DNA of 23,750 nucleotides from Candidatus Diapherotrites archaeon CG08_land_8_20_14_0_20_30_16 (GCA_002779075.1 PEXK01000039.1:1-23750), one strand, 5' to 3'. Positions 1-6,940 are shown, counted from the stretch's first letter. Notes: generated by a model not told the origin, from the sequence alone. Program-made: numbers and translations.

Positions 1-492
1 GTTTATGCCTAGATTTTCAAATAAAGCATTTAATTCATTAAAATCATCATATAAATTTCTAATTATACTTTCTAAAGAATTCCAATTTACATTTATTTCT
101 TTTGACAATCTTTCTTCCATATCTAAAAGAGTTACTTCTAAATCTTTTGTTAAAACAAAATGATCTGGATTATTCAAATCACCATGAGAAAATCCTTGTC
201 TATGCATATGTGCAACAACATCTAAAATTTGATTTAAAACTAATGCTTTTTCTGCAGGTCTTAAAAAAGCAAATTTAAGACCTATTGATTCTCCATGACC
301 ATGGTACAATGCAATTCCTCTATGCCCTATACCGTCATATTTTGCTAAGCCTAATAATTGATCAAAAACAGGTTTTTCCAATTTTACTCCTTTTTGCCTT
401 GCTCTTTGCCCCAAGATAAATGATTCTTGAGAAGTTCCATGCTTAGCATAATACCTAATTCCGTTTGAATGACTAAATTCTGTTACAGTCAT
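1..492 (-). CDS. Partial CDS (first 164 codons, runs off the left edge): protein-kinase-like fold protein
   Basis: Hand translation of the reverse strand from the ATG at 492-490 is stop-free down to base 1: MTVTEFSHSNGIRYYAKHG...AHMHRQGFSHGDLNNPDHFVLTKDLEVTLLDME... The HGDL catalytic-loop-like motif resembles small RIO/Kdo/Bud32-type kinases. It is absent from the ORF track only because it is edge-truncated. Confidence 0.45.
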   Translation of the reverse strand, partial: MTVTEFSHSNGIRYYAKHGTSQESFILGQRARQKGVKLEKPVFDQLLGLAKYDGIGHRGIALYHGHGESIGLKFAFLRPAEKALVLNQILDVVAHMHRQGFSHGDLNNPDHFVLTKDLEVTLLDMEERLSKEINVNWNSLESIIRNLYDDFNELNALFENLGIN

Positions 493-584
493 AGACACTC
501 TTTTTGTCCTAGGTAAATGAGAATGAATAACCATAATAAAACATAATGTAAAAAGAATATATACCTTTTCATTATATTAATAAT

Positions 585-1523
585 ATGCATTTTCACACTA
601 TTCATTACCCGAAGGATGAAATTAAACATAGAGATACTGCTGAATGGTGGTACTTTAATGGATTTTTGCAAAGCAAAATTGGACAGTTTGCATACATGCA
701 CACTTTATTTAGAATTGACTTAAGAAATGCAGAATATTTGAAATTGCTGCCACTACACAAAAAAATATTTAATGATTTTTATTTTGCACATTCAATGTTA
801 TTAAATTTGAAAACAAACGAACTGAAAACAGAAATTAAATATCACGTAACACCTACAAAAGAATCATTCAAACAAGATTTATTATTTTTTGAATATGACA
901 ATTGCGAATTATTAGAAAAACCAATTTTTAATTACTTTTTAAAAAATAGTTTTGTTGAACTAAATCTGCACAATAAAAAAAAACCATTACTAGAAAATAA
1001 AAAAGGAATAATAAAAAACAATAAGTACTATACTTATTATTACAGTTTAACCAATCTTCATACTGTGGGAGCAATTAAATGGAAAAACAAATTAATTAAA
1101 GTTAAAGGAAAAAGCTGGCACGATCATCAATGGATGAACAATATGCAACCAGATGTAAAATGGGATTGGTTTTCAGTGCAATTAAATAATAATGAAGAAA
1201 TGGTAGTAAATAGAATGAAATCATCAAATGAAAATAATTGGATTATCTATGCAACCATGATTGACAAAAAACAAAAACAAAAAACAACTCACAACATTAT
1301 TTTCAAACCTCAAAAAACAATCAAATTAAAAAGAATGGAATACCCTATTTATTGGATTATTGAATTGCCAGATTGGAAGATTAAACTAGATATCAAAGCA
1401 ATGCACAAGTCACAACAAATGGATTACAAACTTTTAAAATATTGGGAAGGTCCAACAAAAATAATTTGCACACAAAATAAAAAGAAAATAAAAGGATTAG
1501 GGTTTTTGGAAATGGTTCATTAG
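585..1523 (+). CDS. AttH / CrtC (carotenoid 1,2-hydratase)-like lipocalin-domain protein
   Basis: 312-aa ORF with an ATG start. The N-terminal HYPKDEIKHRDTAEWWYFNGFL matches the family signature (FP.DH..H....EWWY..G.L). The downstream GKSWHDHQW matches the G.AW.DHEW block. Confidence 0.6.
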   Translation: MHFHTIHYPKDEIKHRDTAEWWYFNGFLQSKIGQFAYMHTLFRIDLRNAEYLKLLPLHKKIFNDFYFAHSMLLNLKTNELKTEIKYHVTPTKESFKQDLLFFEYDNCELLEKPIFNYFLKNSFVELNLHNKKKPLLENKKGIIKNNKYYTYYYSLTNLHTVGAIKWKNKLIKVKGKSWHDHQWMNNMQPDVKWDWFSVQLNNNEEMVVNRMKSSNENNWIIYATMIDKKQKQKTTHNIIFKPQKTIKLKRMEYPIYWIIELPDWKIKLDIKAMHKSQQMDYKLLKYWEGPTKIICTQNKKKIKGLGFLEMVH

Positions 1524-1619
1524 AGAATAATTATGATTCATGATATTGCCTGAATAAATAAATACTTTAGATATCTACTACTATCTCTATTTGCATTTGG
1601 ATTAGTGTACAATATAATT

Positions 1620-2144
1620 ATGAAAGATATATTTTCTATAATTGCTACTTTGTTATCTCCGTTGGCAATATATGTTCCACATGTTCTAAGACTCTTTAAA
1701 GTAAAAGTGCCAGAAGATTATATTTTTCCATATTATATTCTTTTGTTTTTAGGGGTGTTTTTGGGAGAATCGATAGGAATATATTTAATGACATACTGGT
1801 GGGACAAAATAGTTCATGCATTTAGCGGAGTCTTATTGTTTATTTGGGGGCTGGCAATAGTTTACAAACAAGAATCAATAAAAAGCATTAAAAAGAATTT
1901 AACAAGGGCTTTTGTATTTGCATTCTTTTTCGCAATATTTATTGAATGTTGCTGGGAACTTTTTGAAATTGGTAATGATACTATAATAGGAACAAACATG
2001 TTGCAAGACGGAACAAGAGACACAACTTTAGATATGACCTTTGAAGCTTTTGGTGCAATAATAGGATCTATACTTGCATATATTACTTTAAATGTTAAAA
2101 AAATCTGGATTCTAGATATTTATTTAAAAGATTTAAGACCGTAA
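1620..2144 (+). CDS. Multi-pass integral membrane protein (possibly YjdF/DUF2238-like)
   Basis: The ORF is tracked from a GTG at 1605. The ATG at 1620 (MKDIFSIIATLL...) is the more likely start. There are four or five hydrophobic helices, and the WDKIVHAFSG and RDTTLDMTFEAFGA motifs are loosely reminiscent of DUF2238. The family assignment is weak. Confidence 0.5.
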   Translation: MKDIFSIIATLLSPLAIYVPHVLRLFKVKVPEDYIFPYYILLFLGVFLGESIGIYLMTYWWDKIVHAFSGVLLFIWGLAIVYKQESIKSIKKNLTRAFVFAFFFAIFIECCWELFEIGNDTIIGTNMLQDGTRDTTLDMTFEAFGAIIGSILAYITLNVKKIWILDIYLKDLRP

Positions 2145-2923
2145 TCCAATTTTCTTTGCTTCTTTTCTTGTGAGATTTCAATTTTCATAGAATCAAAAAC
2201 AGGTGTCAAGATATATCCTTCTTTCATATTTCCAAAAATCTCACATTTCTGAGGAGTTTTCCAAACATAATATGCAACGTATGCACAAAATATTGAATCC
2301 AGCAAATCCTCATAATCTTTTAATGACTTTAGGTTCAATTTATCTATTTCTTTATGGGCTATTTCTTCTGGCAAATTTAAATCCTGCAAATTTTTCAAAT
2401 GATTTTGATATTTTCTGAATGCTTCACAACGAAATTCAAAATTTCTTTTAGGTTTTGCTTTGTATGGAATCACTTTATCCAAAGAAAACAAAACAACCAT
2501 TGAAGGATGAGGAAATACTTCAAAAATCTTTCTTGATTGTTCCTTTTCTTTTATTATAGGATTATGTTCAAAACCAACTCTTTCAAAACGTTGAACTAAA
2601 GTCTCTCCTCTTATTGTGTCTGACCATTGAAGAAATCTTTCTCTGTTCGAGGGGTGGCAACCAGCATTATATTTTCTGAAATACTTGCCCACTAACTCTT
2701 CTGCTATTCTTCTTCCTTTTTGATTGGGAACCACTAAAGGAGCATCTATTGCAACAAGACAATTCTCTTTACCAACAATTTTGTTAATGTAATTTATTAT
2801 TTCATCATCAGAATATAAAACAATACCAGAAACAAAATTAGCTTTATTATTTTCTTCTTTTAAAACAGTAATACCAGAACCATTTTTCTTGGACCATGCC
2901 AAATCAATGCCTACAAAATACAT
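2120..2923 (-). CDS. DUF429-family protein (predicted RNase H-like fold)
   Basis: 267-aa ORF with an ATG start. The N-terminus MYFVGIDLAWS..NGSG, followed by LVAIDAPLVVPNQKGRRIAEE, is the characteristic DUF429 pattern (GIDLAW ... IDAPL..N..G.R..E). Its 3' end overlaps the convergent membrane-protein gene by 25 nt. Confidence 0.6.
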   Translation of the reverse strand: MYFVGIDLAWSKKNGSGITVLKEENNKANFVSGIVLYSDDEIINYINKIVGKENCLVAIDAPLVVPNQKGRRIAEELVGKYFRKYNAGCHPSNRERFLQWSDTIRGETLVQRFERVGFEHNPIIKEKEQSRKIFEVFPHPSMVVLFSLDKVIPYKAKPKRNFEFRCEAFRKYQNHLKNLQDLNLPEEIAHKEIDKLNLKSLKDYEDLLDSIFCAYVAYYVWKTPQKCEIFGNMKEGYILTPVFDSMKIEISQEKKQRKLDYGLKSFK

Positions 2924-3025
2924 AAATAGAAAAAGCTACAAAGAAATAAAAAGAGAAGGGGTTTATTTTGAAAAGTCCTTTTTTAAAAACCAAAAGCAAT
3001 ATACTTGTTGTGGCGTAAATATAAT

Positions 3026-3583
3026 ATGAACAATTTTTTCAAAAAAGTAAACAAAATAGTCAATAAAGTATTACCGTATACTTTAATTCTATTATTAATA
3101 ATTATTATTGCAGAAATGTTCTTTGACATTCAAAATGAAAATATTATTTTGGCGATAAAAATATCAGATGGATTTATAATTGCAGTATTTGTTTTAGACT
3201 TGGCATTTTTATATTATAAATCGAAAGATTTAATTTTCTTCTTCAAAAATTATTGGCTTGACATTCTTGCCGTGCTGCCTCTTGGATTGATGTTTAGAGT
3301 AGGAGAAAATATTTTTAAGATTGGGGCTGAAGCAGAAAAGATTTTTATTGGACAAAGAGTATTACATGAAGTGGCACAAGCAGAAAAACTAATTAAATTT
3401 ACATCAAAACTGGAAGAAGGCGCAAAAATATTTAGATTCCTAGAAGAATTCGCAAAAGTGTTTAGATTTATTCCAAAAACAATAGATTACATAAAAGGAA
3501 CAGATTTATTTACAAAGTTATATTATTCCTATCGTGATGAAAAAACAAATTATGATGGAATCAGAAAATATGGCAAGATATAA
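3026..3583 (+). CDS. Ion-transport-family-like membrane protein: S1-S3-type helices, no pore region
   Basis: The ORF is tracked from a TTG at 3005, with the first ATG at 3026 (MNNFFKK...). It has three hydrophobic helices. The third carries the NYWLDILAVLPLGLMFRV motif typical of S3 and the S3-S4 linker of voltage-gated channels. It is followed by charged amphipathic repeats (AKIFRFLEEFAKVFRFIPK). There are no S5-P-S6 helices and no selectivity filter. Confidence 0.5.
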   Translation: MNNFFKKVNKIVNKVLPYTLILLLIIIIAEMFFDIQNENIILAIKISDGFIIAVFVLDLAFLYYKSKDLIFFFKNYWLDILAVLPLGLMFRVGENIFKIGAEAEKIFIGQRVLHEVAQAEKLIKFTSKLEEGAKIFRFLEEFAKVFRFIPKTIDYIKGTDLFTKLYYSYRDEKTNYDGIRKYGKI

Positions 3584-3616
3584 ATTTGGGTTTGATTTTA
3601 AATTTTCATATTTAGT

Positions 3617-4066
3617 TTATCCTAATTTATTTTCTAATATTGGTTGTCTTGTAAATGTAAATGTTCCTTGCACAAGTAACGATTTGACATCTTGAAGACA
3701 ATTAGAATTGTATGAAATGTCACTAGACCATGTACCAGACATTGTATCTTCTGTTTGTGATCTGATTGTTAAACTAAATTTATCAGAACAATTTGGAAAT
3801 TTTTTTCCACCATAGTAGCTATCTATAAAATAACCTGGTTGAAGATCTTCTTCTAAATTCTCATCAACAATAATATCCATAAATATACTATCATTATTGT
3901 TACCAACCAAATCACTAGTATCTATTAATTCTACCTTTACAGGAATATCTTTTACTGTGCCACCAAATATTGTCATACCGTCAGGCAAATTACTTGTCCT
4001 TGTTTGTGAGATTACTTTTTGTTCACCACTTATTACTTTTTGAAAAGAAAAAAAGCGGTTATTCAT
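3617..4066 (-). CDS. Hypothetical protein, 149 aa, beta-rich, no recognisable family
   Basis: Clean ORF whose ATG start (4066-4064) overlaps the stop of the upstream FtsX-like fragment by 8 nt, a translational-coupling geometry. I see no signal peptide or TM helix. Confidence 0.45.
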   Translation of the reverse strand: MNNRFFSFQKVISGEQKVISQTRTSNLPDGMTIFGGTVKDIPVKVELIDTSDLVGNNNDSIFMDIIVDENLEEDLQPGYFIDSYYGGKKFPNCSDKFSLTIRSQTEDTMSGTWSSDISYNSNCLQDVKSLLVQGTFTFTRQPILENKLG

Positions 4067-4265
4067 ACCTTAATGCATCAATTGGTTTTAATTTTGATGC
4101 AGTTCTTGCTGGTGCTAATCCAGAAACAATTCCTATAATTGTTGATAAAATAATTGCAAAAATAATTAATTCTGGGGTTATTAAAGTTGAACCAAAATCT
4201 CTTGGCAAAGTTCCAGAAATTCCCGATTCAACAAAAATTTCACAAGATTTAAATGATTTAAACAA
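4059..4265 (-). pseudogene. C-terminal remnant of an FtsX-family (MacB/LolC-type) ABC transporter permease
   Basis: The 68-aa ORF ends ...IIFAIILSTIIGIVSGLAPARTASKLKPIDALRYE*, which is the canonical last TM helix plus the G..PA..A.+..P..ALR.E tail of FtsX permeases. Full-length proteins are about 400 aa. Here an in-frame TGA lies 2 codons upstream (4272-4274), the only start is a TTG, and none of the three reverse-strand frames I translated over 4266-4400 shows FtsX-like sequence. Confidence 0.5.
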
Positions 4266-4311
4266 ATCTAATCATAAAAGACCAATAGGATTTTTTTTAA
4301 TATCTCCAATT

Positions 4312-4641
4312 ATGGGATTTTTAGGAGCAATAATCGGCGCAATATTAGTTTATTTTTTAATGAGTAGAATAACAAGAACGCAACAAGTACAAAAAAAGAA
4401 TACTAAAATAATATTAAACTTCTTAACAGACCCAGAAAAGAAAGTTATTGAATTATTATTAAATAATCATGGAACTACATTTCAATATGAATTAAATAGA
4501 ATTCCTGGATTATCAAGAGTTAAAACCTATAGAATATTACAAAACCTAGAAAATAAAAAAATAATAACTAAGGAAAACTTTGGGAAAGTAAATAAAGTTG
4601 TTTTGAATAAAGAACTATTTGAAGTTTTAAAGGAAAATTAA
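4312..4641 (+). CDS. Membrane-anchored winged-helix (MarR/ArsR-like) DNA-binding protein
   Basis: The ORF track extends this frame back to 3970, but that part is antisense to the FtsX remnant and the 149-aa gene. From the ATG at 4312 the protein is one TM helix (MGFLGAIIGAILVYFLM) followed by a wHTH-like segment (EKKVIELLLNNHGTTFQYELNRIPGLSRVKTYRILQNLENKKIITKE). Confidence 0.55.
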   Translation: MGFLGAIIGAILVYFLMSRITRTQQVQKKNTKIILNFLTDPEKKVIELLLNNHGTTFQYELNRIPGLSRVKTYRILQNLENKKIITKENFGKVNKVVLNKELFEVLKEN

Positions 4642-4675
4642 AAATTCTTCTAGTGCTCCTGTCAGAAGTTAAGAA

Positions 4676-5911
4676 TTATTCTAATAACCATTTCCAAACT
4701 GGTTTAATAATTATATTCTTTTTATCAATTGTTATTGTTTTTTCAGTATCATAAGTTAAGATTAAACCTTCTTTTAAATTAAATTCATTCATGGCACTCA
4801 TTATACCATTAATTTCTCTTTTTTCATTATTTTCATTTAATTCCCATGAAACTTGAACTAATTCTTTTGGTTTACCATTTTCTGCAATTAAAAAATCACA
4901 CTCTTTATCAGAATAATCTTTCCAATAATATAATTCCTTGCGCTTTCTAAACAATTCTATTGCAACAATATTTTCTAAAACCTTGGATTTATCATATTCT
5001 GTTTTTGCAATCCGATTAATAAAACCAACATCAATAGCATAAACTTTTTTTGTAGATTGTTCTTGAGACTTATGAGAATATGAAAATTTTGGTAATACAA
5101 ATAATAAATATGCGTCCTCTAAATATGAAATATAATTCTTAATTGTTTCTGGAGCAATAGAAAATTGTTCTGCTTCTTTAGTATATGAAAAATATTTTCC
5201 ATATTTATATAACAAATCTATTGCTAAAGATTCAATAACAGATTTTTCTTTAATGGTATATCTATAAATAATATCTTTGTAAATTACATCTTTTATTAAA
5301 ATATTTAAGTCTAAACCTCTATTCAATACAACATCAGGATATCCTCCATAAATCATATAGTCATCAAAATGTTTTTTGATTTTAGAAATATCTTTCAAAT
5401 TATATTTATCTATTTTATTTTTATCTTTAATTGTTATAATATCTTTGAAAGTAAATGGCAAAATTAAAAAATCAGTATGTCTCCCAGTTAAAAAGGTTCC
5501 TAACTCTTTACTTAATAATTTAGAATTAGAACCAGTAATAAAAACATTATATGTTTTTGCCAAAGTATTGACAAATTTTTCCCAACCATTAACATTTTGA
5601 ATTTCATCAAAGAAAATTGTTTTAAACTCTTTTATTATTTGATTCCCGGCAATAATCAAATTATTAAAATCGTCTATTTTAAATTTACTTAATCGTACAT
5701 CATCAAAATTAACATACAAAACTCTATTATTATAAATTTCTTTGCCCAAGGATAATAAAAAATAGCTTTTTCCAGCACGTCTGGGCCCAGTAATAATTTT
5801 GATCAATTTTGCTTTATAATCAATAATATTTAATTCTGAACGTTTAAAGATAATGTTATTTAAATCTGCCTTTTGCTCATTTATAATGATTTTTAATTCT
5901 TCTATATTCAT
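4676..5911 (-). CDS. AAA-type ATPase with C-terminal DUF4143 nuclease-fold domain (COG1373 family)
   Basis: Walker A is ITGPRRAGKSYF and Walker B is TIFFDEIQNV. The C-terminal ...YYWKDYSDKECDFLIAENGKPKELVQVSWEL is typical of the PD-(D/E)xK-like DUF4143 end. The tracked start is a TTG at 5932; the ATG at 5911 (MNIEELKIII...) is preferred. Confidence 0.8.
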   Translation of the reverse strand: MNIEELKIIINEQKADLNNIIFKRSELNIIDYKAKLIKIITGPRRAGKSYFLLSLGKEIYNNRVLYVNFDDVRLSKFKIDDFNNLIIAGNQIIKEFKTIFFDEIQNVNGWEKFVNTLAKTYNVFITGSNSKLLSKELGTFLTGRHTDFLILPFTFKDIITIKDKNKIDKYNLKDISKIKKHFDDYMIYGGYPDVVLNRGLDLNILIKDVIYKDIIYRYTIKEKSVIESLAIDLLYKYGKYFSYTKEAEQFSIAPETIKNYISYLEDAYLLFVLPKFSYSHKSQEQSTKKVYAIDVGFINRIAKTEYDKSKVLENIVAIELFRKRKELYYWKDYSDKECDFLIAENGKPKELVQVSWELNENNEKREINGIMSAMNEFNLKEGLILTYDTEKTITIDKKNIIIKPVWKWLLE

Positions 5912-5945
5912 AACAAAATAACAACCGAACAACTTAAAAAGTATG

Positions 5946-6000
5946 AGGTTTGTCTTTGACTTTCGACAGATAGTCTAAGGTTTATCCTTGACTTTTAAGA
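5946..6000. repeat. Two tandem 23-nt direct repeats (18/23 identical, 32-nt period) just upstream of the ATPase promoter
   Basis: 5946-5968 is AGGTTTGTCTTTGACTTTCGACA and 5978-6000 is AGGTTTATCCTTGACTTTTAAGA. They lie 35-90 nt upstream of the ATPase ATG (5911). A TATA-like CTTTTTAAG (minus sense, 5933-5941) sits between them and the start. Confidence 0.5.
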
Positions 6001-6028
6001 GTTACTCCTATAATACTCTCTTAAATAC

Positions 6029-6050
6029 TTCAACTCCCAAGACAGGAGGA
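6029..6050 (+). other. Fragment homologous to the 3' end (T-loop to discriminator) of tRNA-Glu, in inverted orientation to the intact gene
   Basis: The plus strand reads TTCAACTCCC-AA-GACAGGAGGA. tRNA positions 53-72 (minus strand) read TTCAACTCCC-GACAGGGGCA. That is 10/10 identical, then a 2-nt insertion, then 8/10. There is no matching 5' T-stem or tRNA body upstream. Confidence 0.6.
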
Positions 6051-6062
6051 TTTGAAAATACT

Positions 6063-6146
6063 TAATATATGGCCTCGAAATGGCTTCGATGAGAAGAGCT
6101 TTCGGGTGCTTAATAAAATTTTGCTTATTGAAAAGAAACTTTATTA
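6063..6146 (+). repeat. Two-hairpin intergenic module, copy A
   Basis: Hairpin 1 spans 6074-6106: CTCGAAA-TG-GCTT...GAGC-TTTCGGG. Hairpin 2 pairs 6111-6117 TAATAAA with 6140-6146 TTTATTA and abuts the tRNA 3' end. The conserved strings AAATGGCTT and AAGAGCTTT are shared with copy B. Boundaries are approximate. Confidence 0.55.
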
Positions 6147-6218
6147 TGCCCCTGTCGGGAGTTGAACCCGAGTCACGAGATTGAGAATCTCATATGATAA
6201 CCGCTACACCACAGGGGC
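6147..6218 (-). tRNA. tRNA-Glu (anticodon CUC), no intron, CCA not encoded
   Basis: Reverse complement: GCCCCTG TG GTGTAGCGGTTATCAT A TGAGA TTCTCAA TCTCG TGAC TCGGG TTCAACT CCCGA CAGGGGC A. It has a 7-bp acceptor stem, a 5-bp anticodon stem (one G-U), anticodon loop TTCTCAA giving CTC, and a 5-bp T stem with a TTCAACT loop. The D arm is of the GGTGTAG...ATCAT type seen in archaeal tRNA-Glu. Confidence 0.9.
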
Positions 6219-6410
6219 GAGGCCTTTCTTTCTTTTAGAAAAAGAACGGAAAGTACATCGTGTAAAAGATTCTTGAAAGAATCTTGTACAAGTATGTTAC
6301 AAACATTCGCCTTTGTAACACCGTCTGTCCAAAGAAAGAAAACAGTGCTTCGCAATCTATTAGATACTATATTTGGGTGAATAAGGATTTATAAAAGTAA
6401 TGCAAATAGT

Positions 6411-6677
6411 TTATAATGAATTGTACCATTCTTCATATTCTTTGTGATTTTTAAAACACTTTACAACTGTAATAATATTATTTTCGACTTGAAACGAAAA
6501 CCTTGTAGAATTTGTAACTTTTTCAACAAAATAAGGCAAACTGTATTTTAAATGTTCCCTTGGTACAAAAGACTGCTTCAATTTAATAAAATGTTTTACA
6601 AATAAAGAATTCAATTGTTCAGACATCTTTCTAAGATCTTTTCTTGCTCTTTCAGCAACTATTAACTCATAGGTCAA
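6411..6677 (-). CDS. RelE/ParE-superfamily type II toxin
   Basis: 88 aa. The N-terminal YELIVAERARKDLRKM and the C-terminal TRFSFQVENNIITVVKCFKNHKEYE follow the RelE/ParE pattern (y.i.....A.kdl.kl ... yRl.y.v.....i.v..i..H..Y). The TTG start lies 2 nt after the antitoxin stop. Confidence 0.6.
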   Translation of the reverse strand: MTYELIVAERARKDLRKMSEQLNSLFVKHFIKLKQSFVPREHLKYSLPYFVEKVTNSTRFSFQVENNIITVVKCFKNHKEYEEWYNSL

Positions 6678-6679
6678 TA

Positions 6680-6940
6680 TTACACCTTAAATTCTTTCCT
6701 AATCTCAGCCAAAGTATATAATTTTTCACCGCTGGCTTTAATTTGTTTCATTTCCTGTTCTGTCTTTTTTCTAACTTTTTTTACTTCATCTAAAGTAACA
6801 GTATCCCAAAAATTGTACTCCCTACCAAAAAGCAACAAAGCAAATCTTATGGCTTCTGCTTTTGTTTTAACAACACCATTCTTAATAGCATTATCAACAA
6901 CACTTTCAGTATAACCCTCTAAACTAACATTTACAATCAT
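6680..6940 (-). CDS. Ribbon-helix-helix (CopG-like) antitoxin
   Basis: It lies immediately upstream of the toxin and is about the same size. The segment VNVSLEGYTESVVDNAIKNGVVKTKAEAIRFALLLF fits a beta-strand plus helix-helix RHH layout. The tracked TTG is at 6946; the ATG at 6940 is preferred. Confidence 0.55.
   Translation of the reverse strand: MIVNVSLEGYTESVVDNAIKNGVVKTKAEAIRFALLLFGREYNFWDTVTLDEVKKVRKKTEQEMKQIKASGEKLYTLAEIRKEFKV

Noticed and set aside
489-701. 70-aa minus-strand ORF
   Set aside because: It spans the divergent promoter and the antisense of the AttH-like gene start. It is also out of frame with the better-supported kinase-like ORF, which starts at 492.
3970-4311. N-terminal 114 codons of the tracked 223-aa plus-strand ORF
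   Set aside because: This part is antisense to the 149-aa gene start and to the FtsX remnant, whose conserved C-terminal signature is far more convincing. The wHTH protein makes sense starting at the ATG at 4312.
5946-6000. Direct repeats with a regular spacer, considered as a possible mini-CRISPR
   Set aside because: There are only two imperfect units of 23 nt with a 9-nt spacer. There are no cas genes and the repeats have no palindromic core. The geometry fits operator sites in a promoter instead.
5973-6028. Possible decayed tRNA body upstream of the inverted tRNA 3' fragment: GTCTAAGGTTTATCC versus the D-arm GTGTAGCGGTTATCA (10/15), and a 7-bp TTAAGAG/CTCTTAA stem
   Set aside because: The D-arm-like string is part of the 23-nt tandem repeat unit. 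No 5' T-stem or acceptor 5' strand exists, and the putative anticodon loop has no valid U33/purine-37 layout.
6087-6094. CGATGAGA in the loop of module copy A, considered as a possible C-box (RUGAUGA) of a C/D sRNA
   Set aside because: It is not an exact C box. There is no CUGA D box at the appropriate distance, and copies B and C lack it at the same position.
6244-6256. GAACGGAAAGTAC, which resembles the RNase P RNA CR-I motif GAGGAAAGUCC
   Set aside because: It is only a partial match. No CR-IV/CR-V counterparts or P4 pairing partner are visible within several hundred nt, and the GC content is far too low for RNase P RNA.
6173-6355. 60-aa minus-strand ORF
   Set aside because: It overlaps the 5' two-thirds of the well-folded tRNA-Glu and the hairpin region. 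It is a read-through artefact of ORF calling.
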